A stretch of DNA of 64,000 bases, taken from an uncultured Verrucomicrobiae bacterium. GTDB lineage: Bacteria > Verrucomicrobiota > Verrucomicrobiia > Chthoniobacterales > JAFAMB01. Under the pieces are notes generated by a model. That model made no database searches. It saw only the letters and a list, made by a program, of their open reading frames with translations, and was not told the DNA's origin. Below are positions 1 to 9,064 of the stretch, piece after piece (positions within the stretch are counted from its first letter, which is position 1; each line of letters begins with the position of its first letter). Both the position numbers and the translations under genes were made by a program. The stretch is from the NCBI GenBank assembly GCA_963837955.1, contig CAWIPH010000002.1:1760001-1824000 (forward strand), given 5' to 3'.

Positions 1-512
1 CTGCGAATCACAAATGTGGGGCGTTGATCCAACTGCAGTTGACTGAACTCAGCAGTAGTCGCGCGAATTTCCTCTGTCGTTCCCGGATCCTCGAGATAGT
101 GTTCGAATTTTGTGCGCTCGATCTCGCTGGCGGCCATCGCAATATCGAGCGCAACATCTTGACGCAAAATGTATCTTCCTTTGATCAGACCCTCGTTCTT
201 TAGCGCTTCGAGTACTTCGGCTCCTTTCCCCAACTTTTCGGCCGCATGGATTAGCTTGCTTGGCAGCCACGTGGTTTGATGGCGTTTTTCGATCCAGTTA
301 TGATCGAAGCGCCGTCCGGTCGCGGCCTCGCATCTATCATAATACCAACGTTCCTGTTCTAGGCCGGCGTCCATCGGTTTTCCCGCATTGATCAACGCGA
401 TCTTACGAGTGATAGGCACCCGGGGCCCGTACTGTTCCCGAATTTTGGCCAAGACCTCATCGCCTAGCGCGCACCAACACGAGCAGACATCGTAGAAATA
501 GGTCAGCTGCAT
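1..512 (-). CDS. DsbA/FrnE-like thioredoxin-fold protein (runs off the window edge)
   Basis: Hand translation from ATG at 512: MQLTYFYDVCSCWCALGDE...QLDQRPTFVIR. Shows the N-terminal Y-D-x-x-x-C-W-C motif and a PTF motif; the frame is open to position 1. Confidence 0.7.
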   Translation of the reverse strand, partial: MQLTYFYDVCSCWCALGDEVLAKIREQYGPRVPITRKIALINAGKPMDAGLEQERWYYDRCEAATGRRFDHNWIEKRHQTTWLPSKLIHAAEKLGKGAEVLEALKNEGLIKGRYILRQDVALDIAMAASEIERTKFEHYLEDPGTTEEIRATTAEFSQLQLDQRPTFVIR

Positions 513-570
513 AAGTTTAGATTAGCCAGAATTCGGCCTCTTTACCGCAGATTTTGGAAAACGCCGGCTT

Positions 571-680
571 GTCCGACGACGTGTCCGACGAAGCCTCCTC
601 GGTTATTTCGAACCATTACTAACGGTTGGCGAAGTCGGAAGCCTTCCGGAGTTTCAAACGACGGAGCGAAGTTGGAGAAC
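571..680 (+). repeat. Nested REP-like element (unit A inside unit A)
   Basis: GTCCGACGA...GCGAAGTTGGA encloses a second GTCCGACGAAGC...GCGAAGTCGGA. Same architecture at 15531-15638. Confidence 0.75.
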
Positions 681-694
681 GACGTCACGCTCTC

Positions 695-2086
695 TCATGG
701 TTTGTAAAGCAAGCTGAGCTCGATCCGGCGGGTTAGTTGCCAACCAGCAACCTCGCCATTTAGCACAACGCCGGGTAACGCGTATTGTCGAACCCGCAGC
801 ACCTGAAATCCCACGTGTTCGATCTCGTTAGCGCTCAGGCCGAACCACTTCGGCCCAAGATTGTCATCCCAAAGTACCAATGTCTGGGAAGGCGCTTGTT
901 GGAAGAATCTCAGGTTGCGTTCGCGATCTCCGGTCAATGCCGGCGCAGTGCTCAAGTCGTCATTGGCCTGAATGCACATCGCAACGTCGCTCCAGATGAA
1001 CAAACGAACGGCGCAACGATTCTGTTCGAACCAAGTGAGCATTTCGCGGATCGCAACGAAGTCGCGCGACCAAACCAGCGCGTCCAGGTAAAGAAACGAG
1101 ATCGCCAGCGAACCGCCTACGACAATAGATCCAATGATTGGCCGAGCGTTGCGAAACCACTCGTTTTTCCAGGAAGCCAGGGTGTTCCAGCCGACCAGAG
1201 TGATTATCGCGGTGGCGGGGGCAACCGAAACCATGTATCGCGGGTATCCGGCCTCGCCAAAAAGTCCGTAAGCGCGGAAAACGCTGTGCAGGAGAAAAAA
1301 TAAGAGGAAGGCGGTCGTGATTGCCACGTGTTTTTTGAGCCAGAGCAAGCGCAGAAGGCCGATCAGTAGAAGCATGACGAGCAGTGGACCAGCAAACTCC
1401 CAGGCGCGCTCCGAGTAACTCAGGATTGAGCCATGTCCATAGGTTCCGCGCTGCCAGGTTGTGGGCCAGTTATGCATGATGAAAAGCGGATCGCCGGTGA
1501 TGGCTAAGGCGGCGGTCCACCAGAGAACCAGGCCAGTGCCAAGTAGGAGAAGAGGAGCGAGAACGGCAAACCAGGAAGTACATCGATCGGTTTGCCAATG
1601 AGCGCTCAAGACCCAGCATCCCCAGAGCAGACAAAGGAACGCGCCCTCCGGACGCGCGAGCGGAAGCAGCGATGCGACGAGCATGCCCATTTTGACTCGA
1701 CCCCGCAAATGAAGTCGCAACGCGACGACAAAGATCAGCGCGAAGAGAGGTTCTGTCAGCAGATCGGTGAAAAGCTCGAAAAAACTGGGTTGAGCGAGAA
1801 GCAGGGGAACGACCAGCCAAGCCCGTTCGAGTCGCAGATCTTGGGCGAGTTTCCAGGTTTGCCAAGCGATCAACAGACCGATGGCGAGACCAAAAAATCG
1901 CGCTGCTTTAAACCCCAACAGAGCTGGTCCGGAAAACGCAAGCGTGTAAAGCGGGCGTGCCCAGACGTCCACAAAATAGACCGGGTCATGCCATGCGGCG
2001 CGAGCCATGGCAAAATGGTATCCGGAATCCTGTTCAGGAAATCCAGGGAACAAGAAGATCATGCTCGCGCCGAGCAACGCCATCAA
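695..2086 (-). CDS. Polytopic membrane protein, probable GT-C fold (ArnT/PMT-like) glycosyltransferase
   Basis: Many hydrophobic segments, N-terminal EQD acidic loop, and LLTEPLF, LARPEG and PRY motifs typical of GT-C enzymes. Confidence 0.65.
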   Translation of the reverse strand: MMALLGASMIFLFPGFPEQDSGYHFAMARAAWHDPVYFVDVWARPLYTLAFSGPALLGFKAARFFGLAIGLLIAWQTWKLAQDLRLERAWLVVPLLLAQPSFFELFTDLLTEPLFALIFVVALRLHLRGRVKMGMLVASLLPLARPEGAFLCLLWGCWVLSAHWQTDRCTSWFAVLAPLLLLGTGLVLWWTAALAITGDPLFIMHNWPTTWQRGTYGHGSILSYSERAWEFAGPLLVMLLLIGLLRLLWLKKHVAITTAFLLFFLLHSVFRAYGLFGEAGYPRYMVSVAPATAIITLVGWNTLASWKNEWFRNARPIIGSIVVGGSLAISFLYLDALVWSRDFVAIREMLTWFEQNRCAVRLFIWSDVAMCIQANDDLSTAPALTGDRERNLRFFQQAPSQTLVLWDDNLGPKWFGLSANEIEHVGFQVLRVRQYALPGVVLNGEVAGWQLTRRIELSLLYKP

Positions 2087-2391
2087 GACAAGAGCAATGC
2101 TCAGATTACGCGACTCGTTGGGACTATCGGAGTAATGGCGTGGTGGAGTAATGGAGTAATGGAGTGGTGGGGGCGACTGTCGTGTTTTGCGTTTTGGCTG
2201 GCTTGACCGTGAAACTTAGTCAGAGCGAGCTATTTAGCGCCACCACAAACCGCACTCGCTAACGCATTTCTGACGGATCGGAGCTGCTGTTAGTGCTCGG
2301 TCTGTTGGAAGCCAAGATCCGAACATTTTCTTTCGTCCCTGCGGGGCGGGGCATGTTTCTTTGATTTTTTTCCCAGCCCCGCGGTCGCGAA

Positions 2392-2662
2392 TGCGCGTCA
2401 ACATAAGGGCTTAGAAGCATGCGCAGAAGACTCGTCCCGGAGGCACTTAATGAAAGTAGCCCAGTACGAAGTGCTGGGAAATAATGCAAAAAGAGGCGTC
2501 CGTCCCGCCAGGGACGATAGAAGTGTTTTGGTTCCTGGTCCTCTCGTATGCAGCTTCACCAGCGTAAGGAGCCTCGATCGTCCCGTCCGGGACGGGTCGT
2601 TTTTTTGAACGCCACCCCAGCACTTCGTACTGGGCTAATTTCATTAAGTCCCTCCGGGACTA
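2392..2662. repeat. REPIN/MITE-like long palindrome, right terminus truncated
   Basis: Arms GTCCCGGAGG..AATGAAAGTAGCCCAGTACGAAGTGCTGGG and their reverse complement. Homologous, in inverted orientation, to 20818-21130. Confidence 0.85.
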
Positions 2663-2712
2663 GACTTCCCTCGTTCCAAGCGTTTCCAAATTATTTGACA
2701 GGAAGCAAATAA

Positions 2713-2734
2713 TTAGTTGACTGGAGTCAATTAA
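2713..2734. promoter_or_regulatory. Palindromic operator, probably a MarR autoregulation site
   Basis: TTAGTTGACTGGAGTCAATTAA is a near-perfect inverted repeat at the MarR start, downstream of TTGACA at about 2695. Confidence 0.6.
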
Positions 2735-3681
2735 TGACCCCCATGAACACAGCGATAGATACCGAATTCGCTGAGCGAGTCGCGGCGGTGCGAGCGTTCA
2801 ACCGATTTTACACTCAGGAGATTGGGGTCTTGCATGAATCGCTTACGAAGAGCCCTTTTTCTTTAACCGAAGCCAGAATTCTCTATGAATTGATGCAACG
2901 CCAGGAACCGACGGCAACGGAATTGGGCGATCAGTTAGGTCTTGACCCTGGATATCTGAGCCGGATTCTGAAGAGTTTTGTTGAGCGAGGCCTGATAATG
3001 CGGAAACCGTGTGCGAGTGATGGACGGCAAGCCATTCTCAAAGTAACCGAAGCAGGCGCAAAGGCGTTCGCTGCGCTGAACCTAGGGTCGCAGAACGACG
3101 TCACGAGCCTGCTGAGTGGGTTGGCTTCGTCCGACCAACGCCAATTGATTGGGGCAATGGAAGCTATCAAAAGGCTTCTCGATGCTCCGAGAAAACCGGA
3201 TCGCTCTTTCGTTCTTCGCGCGCACCAGATCGGCGATATCGGTTGGATCGTTCAGCGGCATGGAGTTATCTACGCTGAAGAGTATGGTTGGAACGAGGAG
3301 TTCGAAGGTTTGGTAGCCAAAATTGCTGCCGATTTCCTTCAGGCTCACGACCCGAAGCGGGAGCGCTGTTGGATCGCTGAAAGGGAAGGACAAAACGTGG
3401 GGTGCGTATTCCTCGTCGGTAAGAGCCAGACCATCGCTCAACTCCGGCTTTTGTTGGTCGAACCGCGGGCGCGAGGCCTTGGAATCGGCGAACGCTTGGT
3501 GACTGAATGTGTACGGTTCGCGCGCCAAGCCGGATATCGAAAGATCGTACTCTGGACTAATGATGTCCTTACCGCCGCCCGCCGCCTCTACGAGAAGGCC
3601 GGCTTCCGCCTCACTCAGAAAGAACCACACGAGAGTTTCGGCGTAACCTTGGTTGGTGAAACGTGGGAATTAAAGCTCTAA
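2734..3681 (+). CDS. Bifunctional MarR-family regulator / GNAT acetyltransferase
   Basis: N-terminal wHTH (SLTEARILYEL..LDPGYLSRIL..DGR) and C-terminal GNAT (LLVEPRARGLGIG, LYEKAGF). Confidence 0.92.
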   Translation: MTPMNTAIDTEFAERVAAVRAFNRFYTQEIGVLHESLTKSPFSLTEARILYELMQRQEPTATELGDQLGLDPGYLSRILKSFVERGLIMRKPCASDGRQAILKVTEAGAKAFAALNLGSQNDVTSLLSGLASSDQRQLIGAMEAIKRLLDAPRKPDRSFVLRAHQIGDIGWIVQRHGVIYAEEYGWNEEFEGLVAKIAADFLQAHDPKRERCWIAEREGQNVGCVFLVGKSQTIAQLRLLLVEPRARGLGIGERLVTECVRFARQAGYRKIVLWTNDVLTAARRLYEKAGFRLTQKEPHESFGVTLVGETWELKL

Positions 3682-3816
3682 GGATTGGATTCATCACAAG
3701 TTCACAGCGTCTTCCGTACGCGAGCCGGCCCCTTTGAGATAGATCGATTTCTCTAGACTTGATTTACGGTCTGTCGCAGAGGCATAGTGATCCTCCCTCC
3801 GAATGGAGTCGTTCCG

Positions 3817-4446
3817 ATGCTCTTCAAGTTGATCATCGCGACGGTGCCAAGTAGTTTGCGCGCCGAGTTTACAGCGAGTCAAACAGCGGCCTGGAGCGGG
3901 TTAGGCTCGGTACCCGGTTTTCTCGCGCAGGGAGGAGGATGGGAGACCAATCACCCTGACTGGGCTATCGTCATCGCCTACTGGAAGAACGAGCAATCCT
4001 ATGCCGACTTTATGCGGCAACAACATGACTCTTTTGCCGATCAGCAACGCGAAACGTATTCCCAGCTGCAGGTCTACTCAGGTCACGTAATCATGAACAT
4101 GAAAGAGGCCGATCCTAGAATCTTGATGAACGAAGCTGAGATTGTTCGGGTCACAGATCTTACGCTACTGCCAGACTCGTCGCCCATGTTTTTGGCCATG
4201 CAATTTGACGTTTGGCGCCCGGCGTTAGCCGGGGCCAGCGGAATACTGGGTAACACGGTCGCGCGCTTGGCCCGGCTCCCGGATCGTTTTGCAAGTACTA
4301 CATTCTGGCGAAGCACCGATGCCCTTCGCAATTTTTTGGAGAATCTTTACCCGGCGTTGAGTGCTCAGGCCAACCTGGAGAAGCACATAAAGGAAAGGGT
4401 GAGTTATCACGCCCGTCTGGAGCCGTCGTGGAGAGTGTTGGCGTAG
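3817..4446 (+). CDS. YdbC/DUF4937-like protein (dimeric alpha-beta barrel)
   Basis: AWSGLGSVPGFLAQGGGW and W..EQSYADFMRQQHD pattern, with a duplicated ABM-like halves. ATG at 3817 chosen over GTG at 3787. Confidence 0.6.
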   Translation: MLFKLIIATVPSSLRAEFTASQTAAWSGLGSVPGFLAQGGGWETNHPDWAIVIAYWKNEQSYADFMRQQHDSFADQQRETYSQLQVYSGHVIMNMKEADPRILMNEAEIVRVTDLTLLPDSSPMFLAMQFDVWRPALAGASGILGNTVARLARLPDRFASTTFWRSTDALRNFLENLYPALSAQANLEKHIKERVSYHARLEPSWRVLA

Positions 4447-4549
4447 TGAACGATTGAGCGGCTCCCAGGTGCGTGATAGTTGTGCCGCTTCCGGTCGGCG
4501 ATTACGCTTCACAACGTCTATGGCTTTCTCGAGAAAAAAAGGACTAGAG

Positions 4550-5572
4550 ATGAATGGAAGGGAGAAGGAGAAATACGAATCGCTGCCCGTGATCGCGATT
4601 ACAATGGGCGATCCGACCGGGGTTGGTCCGGAGGTGATCGCCAAGGCCTTAGCTCACAAAGAAGTGCATGAACGCTGTCTTCCATTTGTGGTCGGTGACT
4701 TGCAAAGAATGGAAACGGCGGTTCAAATCACGAAATCGCCTTTGCAGATCGAGCGGATCAACGGTCCTAACGAGATCAAGGCCGAGCCCGCCAAGATTTA
4801 CTGCCTGGGAGTTACTGAATTGTCCCCAGATCTTCCGTTCGGCAAATTGGCTGCGGAAGGCGGCGAAGCGGCCTACCGATATATAAAAAAGGCTGCCGAG
4901 TTGGCGATGGCGCACCAGATAGATGCCATTTGCACAGCTCCGCTCAATAAAGAAGCGATGCATGCCGCCGGACACAAGTTTCCTGGCCATACTGAGCTGC
5001 TCGCTTCGCTGACCGGGACGCCAGAGGTGTCGATGCTGTTGGTTACGCCGAAATTGCGGGTCGTGCATGTGACCACGCACATCGGGTTGCTTGATGCTGT
5101 GGCAAAGATTGAGCCCGGTTTGGTGGAGCGAACGATTCGACGCGGCAACGCGGCCATGCTGGACGCAGGAATCAAACGACCCAGAATAGGAGTTTGCGGT
5201 GTTAATCCGCACGCTGGCGAAAACGGGCTTTTCGGGAGGGGAGAAGAGGAACAGAAAATTGCGCCGGCCGTCGCCGCTTGTCGCCAGGAGGGGATCGACG
5301 TAGAGGGACCGTTACCGGCCGACACGCTGTTTTACCGAGCCGCAAGAGGCGATTTTGATTTAGTTGTGGCGATGTATCACGATCAGGGGCACGGACCGAT
5401 CAAGGTTCTGGGGATTGAGACAGGGGTCAATATTACTTTGGGATTGCCGGTCATTCGGACCTCGGTTGATCACGGTACTGCATTTGATATCGCCGGGACG
5501 GGCAAAGCCGATGAACGGAGCATGATTGAGGCGTTGCGTCAGGCTGCGGATCTGGCAACCGCACGCCGGTAG
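4550..5572 (+). CDS. pdxA: 4-hydroxythreonine-4-phosphate dehydrogenase (PdxA/PdxA2 family)
   Basis: ITMGDPTGVGPE, TAPLNKE, PGHTE, NPHAGE, AMYHDQG and RTSVDHGTAFDIAG motifs. Confidence 0.93.
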   Translation: MNGREKEKYESLPVIAITMGDPTGVGPEVIAKALAHKEVHERCLPFVVGDLQRMETAVQITKSPLQIERINGPNEIKAEPAKIYCLGVTELSPDLPFGKLAAEGGEAAYRYIKKAAELAMAHQIDAICTAPLNKEAMHAAGHKFPGHTELLASLTGTPEVSMLLVTPKLRVVHVTTHIGLLDAVAKIEPGLVERTIRRGNAAMLDAGIKRPRIGVCGVNPHAGENGLFGRGEEEQKIAPAVAACRQEGIDVEGPLPADTLFYRAARGDFDLVVAMYHDQGHGPIKVLGIETGVNITLGLPVIRTSVDHGTAFDIAGTGKADERSMIEALRQAADLATARR

Positions 5573-5722
5573 GCACTTTGTTCTGTCCCCGATCGGTAGG
5601 GCGAAAGCCTGGTACGGTATCAGCCGTACCGGCTTGAGCCGTTCGTGCCTGTCCGCCAGCATTTCGAAATTTGGACGAAAGATTGGCAAAAGCCTAATTC
5701 CGGCTTATCGCTTGCGGACTCT

Positions 5723-6511
5723 ATGATCCGCGTACTCAATTTGGTGAAGCGGTACGGCGAAATTACGGCGGTTCGAGATGTCTCCTTCGAAGTAAAAGCG
5801 GGGGAGATTTTTGCATTCCTCGGGCCGAATGGCGCAGGGAAAACGACGACTATCAAGATACTGACGACCCTACTGAAGCCTACGAGCGGGATAGTCGAGG
5901 TGGACGGATTTAATCCAACTGTGCATCAGAGCGAAGTGCGCAAACGATTTGGGATTGTCTTTCAAGATCCCAGCTTGGACGATCAATTAACTGCCTTCGA
6001 AAACATGGATCTGCATGGCGCGCTTTACGGAGTGCCGAAGAAGGTGCGGAAAGAACGAATCGAACAGCTGTTGAGCTTGTTTCATCTTTGGGATCGACGG
6101 ACTCACCTAGTGAAGAATTTTTCAGGAGGGATGCGCCGGCGGCTGGAGATTGCTCGCTGTATGCTGCACACGCCCAAGATTATTTTCCTCGATGAACCGA
6201 CGCTTGGACTCGATCCGCAGACGCGGAATCAGCTCTGGACACACATTAAGCGACTGAACGAAGAGGAAGGCGTGACCGTCTTTCTGACGACGCACTACAT
6301 GGACGAGGCCGAGCGCATGGCCAACCGGATTGCGATCATCGATCATGGAGCAATCGTCGCTCAAGGCACGTTAACGGAGCTAACCGAGAAGACCGGGACC
6401 GATTCTTTGGAGGGGGCATTTTTGAAGCTGACCGGCTATTCAATTCGGGAAGAGGAACCTGGACAGATGGATCGGATGCGACAGATGGCCAAGATGTTTC
6501 GCCGCCGTTAG
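5723..6511 (+). CDS. ABC exporter ATP-binding protein (DrrA-like)
   Basis: Walker A GPNGAGKTT, signature FSGGMRRR, Walker B IFLDEPT and H-loop LTTHY. Confidence 0.93.
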   Translation: MIRVLNLVKRYGEITAVRDVSFEVKAGEIFAFLGPNGAGKTTTIKILTTLLKPTSGIVEVDGFNPTVHQSEVRKRFGIVFQDPSLDDQLTAFENMDLHGALYGVPKKVRKERIEQLLSLFHLWDRRTHLVKNFSGGMRRRLEIARCMLHTPKIIFLDEPTLGLDPQTRNQLWTHIKRLNEEEGVTVFLTTHYMDEAERMANRIAIIDHGAIVAQGTLTELTEKTGTDSLEGAFLKLTGYSIREEEPGQMDRMRQMAKMFRRR

Positions 6512-6553
6512 TCTTTCCTGATCTAAATAAGAAGACAGACTGCTAATCTGCGC

Positions 6554-7300
6554 ATGACCACGATCTACATTCTTTGGATCCGACAGCTGAAACGTTACGT
6601 GCGTTCGCGGACCCGCATCATTGCCTCATTGGGGCAACCACTCCTGTTTCTTTTGGGATTAGGATTCGGAATGGAGCCAGTTTTTCAAAAGGCCGGGCAA
6701 GGCAGTTATATTCAGTTTTTGGCGCCTGGCATCATCGGTATGACGCTGCTTTTCACATCCGTGTTCTCGGGTATGGAATTGATTTGGGATCGGCAATTCG
6801 GATTTCTAAAAGAGACCCTGGTGGCTCCGGTGCCACGGCTGCTCATCATGATCGGGCGCACTTTGGGAGGAGCCACCGTTGCCATAATTCAAGGGGTGAT
6901 CGTGATCTCAGTCTGTCTGATGGCTGGATTTCGGCCGTCGACATTCGGTCTGCTGCCATTGACCTTCCTCTTTATGGTGCTCATCAGCGTGATGTTCACC
7001 GCGATGGGAACAGCAATTGCCGCGCGGCTGTCCGATTTTCAGGGGTTCCAGCTCGTTATCAACCTATTGGTGATGCCGATGTTTTTCTTATCCGGCGCGC
7101 TCTTTCCCCTAAGAGATCTACCAGGGCCGTTAAGTTTCATCACTAGCATCAACCCGCTTTCGTTCGGCATAGACGGGCTGCGCTATAGTTTGACCGGGGT
7201 CACGCATTTCGGTTTCGCTGCCGACCTGCTCGCATTGATCGGGCTGACGATAGGATTGTTGGCGCTGGGAAGCTATCTGTTTTCGCGAATAGAACTCTAA
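6554..7300 (+). CDS. ABC-2 type permease (DrrB-like)
   Basis: Six hydrophobic helices, DRQFGFLKETLVAP and FFLSGALFP motifs; follows the ATPase. Confidence 0.92.
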   Translation: MTTIYILWIRQLKRYVRSRTRIIASLGQPLLFLLGLGFGMEPVFQKAGQGSYIQFLAPGIIGMTLLFTSVFSGMELIWDRQFGFLKETLVAPVPRLLIMIGRTLGGATVAIIQGVIVISVCLMAGFRPSTFGLLPLTFLFMVLISVMFTAMGTAIAARLSDFQGFQLVINLLVMPMFFLSGALFPLRDLPGPLSFITSINPLSFGIDGLRYSLTGVTHFGFAADLLALIGLTIGLLALGSYLFSRIEL

Positions 7301-7307
7301 TCGCTAA

Positions 7308-7709
7308 CTAGCTACTTTGCCTCCGGGCCGCTTGCCGGGTATGGAGCCAGTCGTCAAGGTCGAGCAGAAGGTTAAAGGGATTTAGACGGAAGAGGCGCGC
7401 CCAATTTGCGATCCGACCGGAATCCTGGACTTTGGAGTTCTGCTGGATCCAGCGTGCGACTTCGTCGTCACTGGCTCCTGTTGCTACGAACTCTTTGAGC
7501 TTCGCCGGGTCGATCTCTGTGAATCTGAAAAAGACATGATCCAAAGAGCAATTGAAATGGTAGGACCCAGCTTTGCCGACCAGTTCGGCCCGGCACTTAT
7601 CCAGCGCGCGCGCGGCAAGAACACCGTAAGCACCGAGAGGAGCGCGCGGACTCCGTGGCGCAACCGTCGTCAAATCAGGAGCAAGTTTGAGCAATCGGTC
7701 GTCGACCAT
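7308..7709 (-). CDS. DUF5069-family protein
   Basis: PRSPRAPLG..LAARALDKCRA..G.YHFNCSLD pattern. Confidence 0.75.
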   Translation of the reverse strand: MVDDRLLKLAPDLTTVAPRSPRAPLGAYGVLAARALDKCRAELVGKAGSYHFNCSLDHVFFRFTEIDPAKLKEFVATGASDDEVARWIQQNSKVQDSGRIANWARLFRLNPFNLLLDLDDWLHTRQAARRQSS

Positions 7710-7750
7710 GCCGCTGAATCCAGAACTTACTAAACACTAATCATTAACCA

Positions 7751-8221
7751 TCATTTCGCGGTTGCCACGATTCGTTCGGCCAATTCGCGGGCTTCCCGTT
7801 CCATTGGCGCGTTTTCGTAACCGTTCTTAAAAATCTGCATAACGTATTGCATGAGATAACTTTCGATACCAAGCTTCTCGTACTGCGCCGCATGCACATA
7901 TTCGTGCGCGAGTGTTGGGCGATCATTCGATCGATCCCCGCGAACGAAGATCCCGTAGCCAAAAGTAATTGCGACCGTCTGCGGGGTAATTAATTCAAGT
8001 TCGGCCGCGAGCTTTTTGATTTTCGGATGTTCCGGTTGAGGAATTTCCGGAACTGCTGATACGCGGATCTTTTCTGGTGCACTTACGCCGGCCGCCCTCG
8101 CATCGTTTAACTGGGCGGGGGAGAGAGCCACGCCGTGATCGAGCGCATACTTCTCTTGTGATTTGACCCATTCAAGCACCCGAGGGAGAAGCTGAGGAAG
8201 TTCCAAGAAAGGCAGGTTCAC
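7751..8221 (-). CDS. Small HExxH zincin-like protein (DUF4157-like)
   Basis: AITFGYGI..LAHEYVHAAQY..PMEREA. Paralogue at 42176-42688. Confidence 0.7.
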   Translation of the reverse strand: MNLPFLELPQLLPRVLEWVKSQEKYALDHGVALSPAQLNDARAAGVSAPEKIRVSAVPEIPQPEHPKIKKLAAELELITPQTVAITFGYGIFVRGDRSNDRPTLAHEYVHAAQYEKLGIESYLMQYVMQIFKNGYENAPMEREARELAERIVATAK

Positions 8222-8266
8222 TACTTTGCCAATCGCCCAAAGCCTTTGGAACGCAATCAGGAAAAC

Positions 8267-8298
8267 AAAAAAGCCCCTGAAAATCAGGGGCTTTTTTT
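8267..8298. terminator. Bidirectional Rho-independent terminator
   Basis: AAAAAAGCCCCTGA-AAA-TCAGGGGCTTTTTTT. Confidence 0.85.
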
Positions 8299-8321
8299 AG
8301 ATTCAACTAACCAACAATCGG

Positions 8322-8912
8322 CTATTCGTTCTTTGCCTCGTGGTCGCCTTCTTTGATCGCATCCTGCTCGCTCATGTATTTACCTTGCTTGGTCTTGCCA
8401 TACCAACGCGAGCCCGCTTTGTGGTAGACATGAGATTCCGTGTTCACCCAGACCTGACCGGTACCGGGGACACCGACCGTTGGTTTCGGCGTAGCCGCGG
8501 TTACGGGCGCTGGAGTTGGTGACTTGTGGCCGAAGATGCCACCAAACAAACCTTGTGTCGGGGTTGCGGATGGAACGGGGGTAGGAGTCGCAGCAGCGAC
8601 GGGCGGAGGGCTAGGCGATTTCCGAGAATGGGATTTCGGAGTGCCCGCTGGTGTGGCGGTGGGAACCGCAACGGGAGTAGGAGTCGCAACAGCGACGGGC
8701 GGAGGGCTAGGGGACTTCCGAGCATGGGATCTTTTCGGAGTGCCTGCTGGTGTGGCGGTCTGGTCCGGAGTCGGAGCAGGCGTAGTGCTTGCTTCCTCCG
8801 TCTTTTTCGAGCGCCGATGTTTTGGACTGGCCGACGGAGTAGGCGTCTGCGCGTAAGCGATGGGAAGAGCCATGACCGCAGCCAACAACAGAAGCGAAAC
8901 GTACTTGCGCAT
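8322..8912 (-). CDS. Secreted Pro/Thr-rich protein with a small conserved C-terminal domain
   Basis: Signal peptide, duplicated TPAGTPK..RKSPSPPPV.A.TPTPV repeat, and C-terminal VWVNTESHVYH..GSRWYGKTKQGKYMSE. Confidence 0.8.
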   Translation of the reverse strand: MRKYVSLLLLAAVMALPIAYAQTPTPSASPKHRRSKKTEEASTTPAPTPDQTATPAGTPKRSHARKSPSPPPVAVATPTPVAVPTATPAGTPKSHSRKSPSPPPVAAATPTPVPSATPTQGLFGGIFGHKSPTPAPVTAATPKPTVGVPGTGQVWVNTESHVYHKAGSRWYGKTKQGKYMSEQDAIKEGDHEAKNE

Positions 8913-9002
8913 ACAAAATGCTTCTATCGTAAATTGCCTCGTATTGGCAACTGTGGAGTAAGTGGGACGGTCATTAAAGACGCTGGAGATGCGCCCAATA
9001 GC

Positions 9003-9044
9003 AAAAAAAGAGCGGCCAGAACTCCGTGGAGGAACTGGCCGCTC
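9003..9044 (-). terminator. Rho-independent terminator of the solute-binding gene
   Basis: GAGCGGCCAG/CTGGCCGCTC stem followed by a T7 run on the minus strand. Confidence 0.75.
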
Positions 9045-9064
9045 GGAACGAATTGGGAAACTGA

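Noticed and set aside
571..680. CRISPR array or integron attC sites suggested by conserved ends with variable spacers
   Set aside because: Copies are dispersed and nested rather than tandem, and no cas or intI gene is in the window.
2129..2170. GGAGTAATGG short tandem repeats
   Set aside because: Only a few degenerate units of low-complexity intergenic repeat; no function can be supported.
2259..2644. ORFs 2259-2489 and 2447-2644, and similar ones at 20721-21168, 16664-17189, 25118-25351 and 37248-37699
   Set aside because: They are translations of palindromic repeat DNA; the similar peptides recur only because the repeats do.
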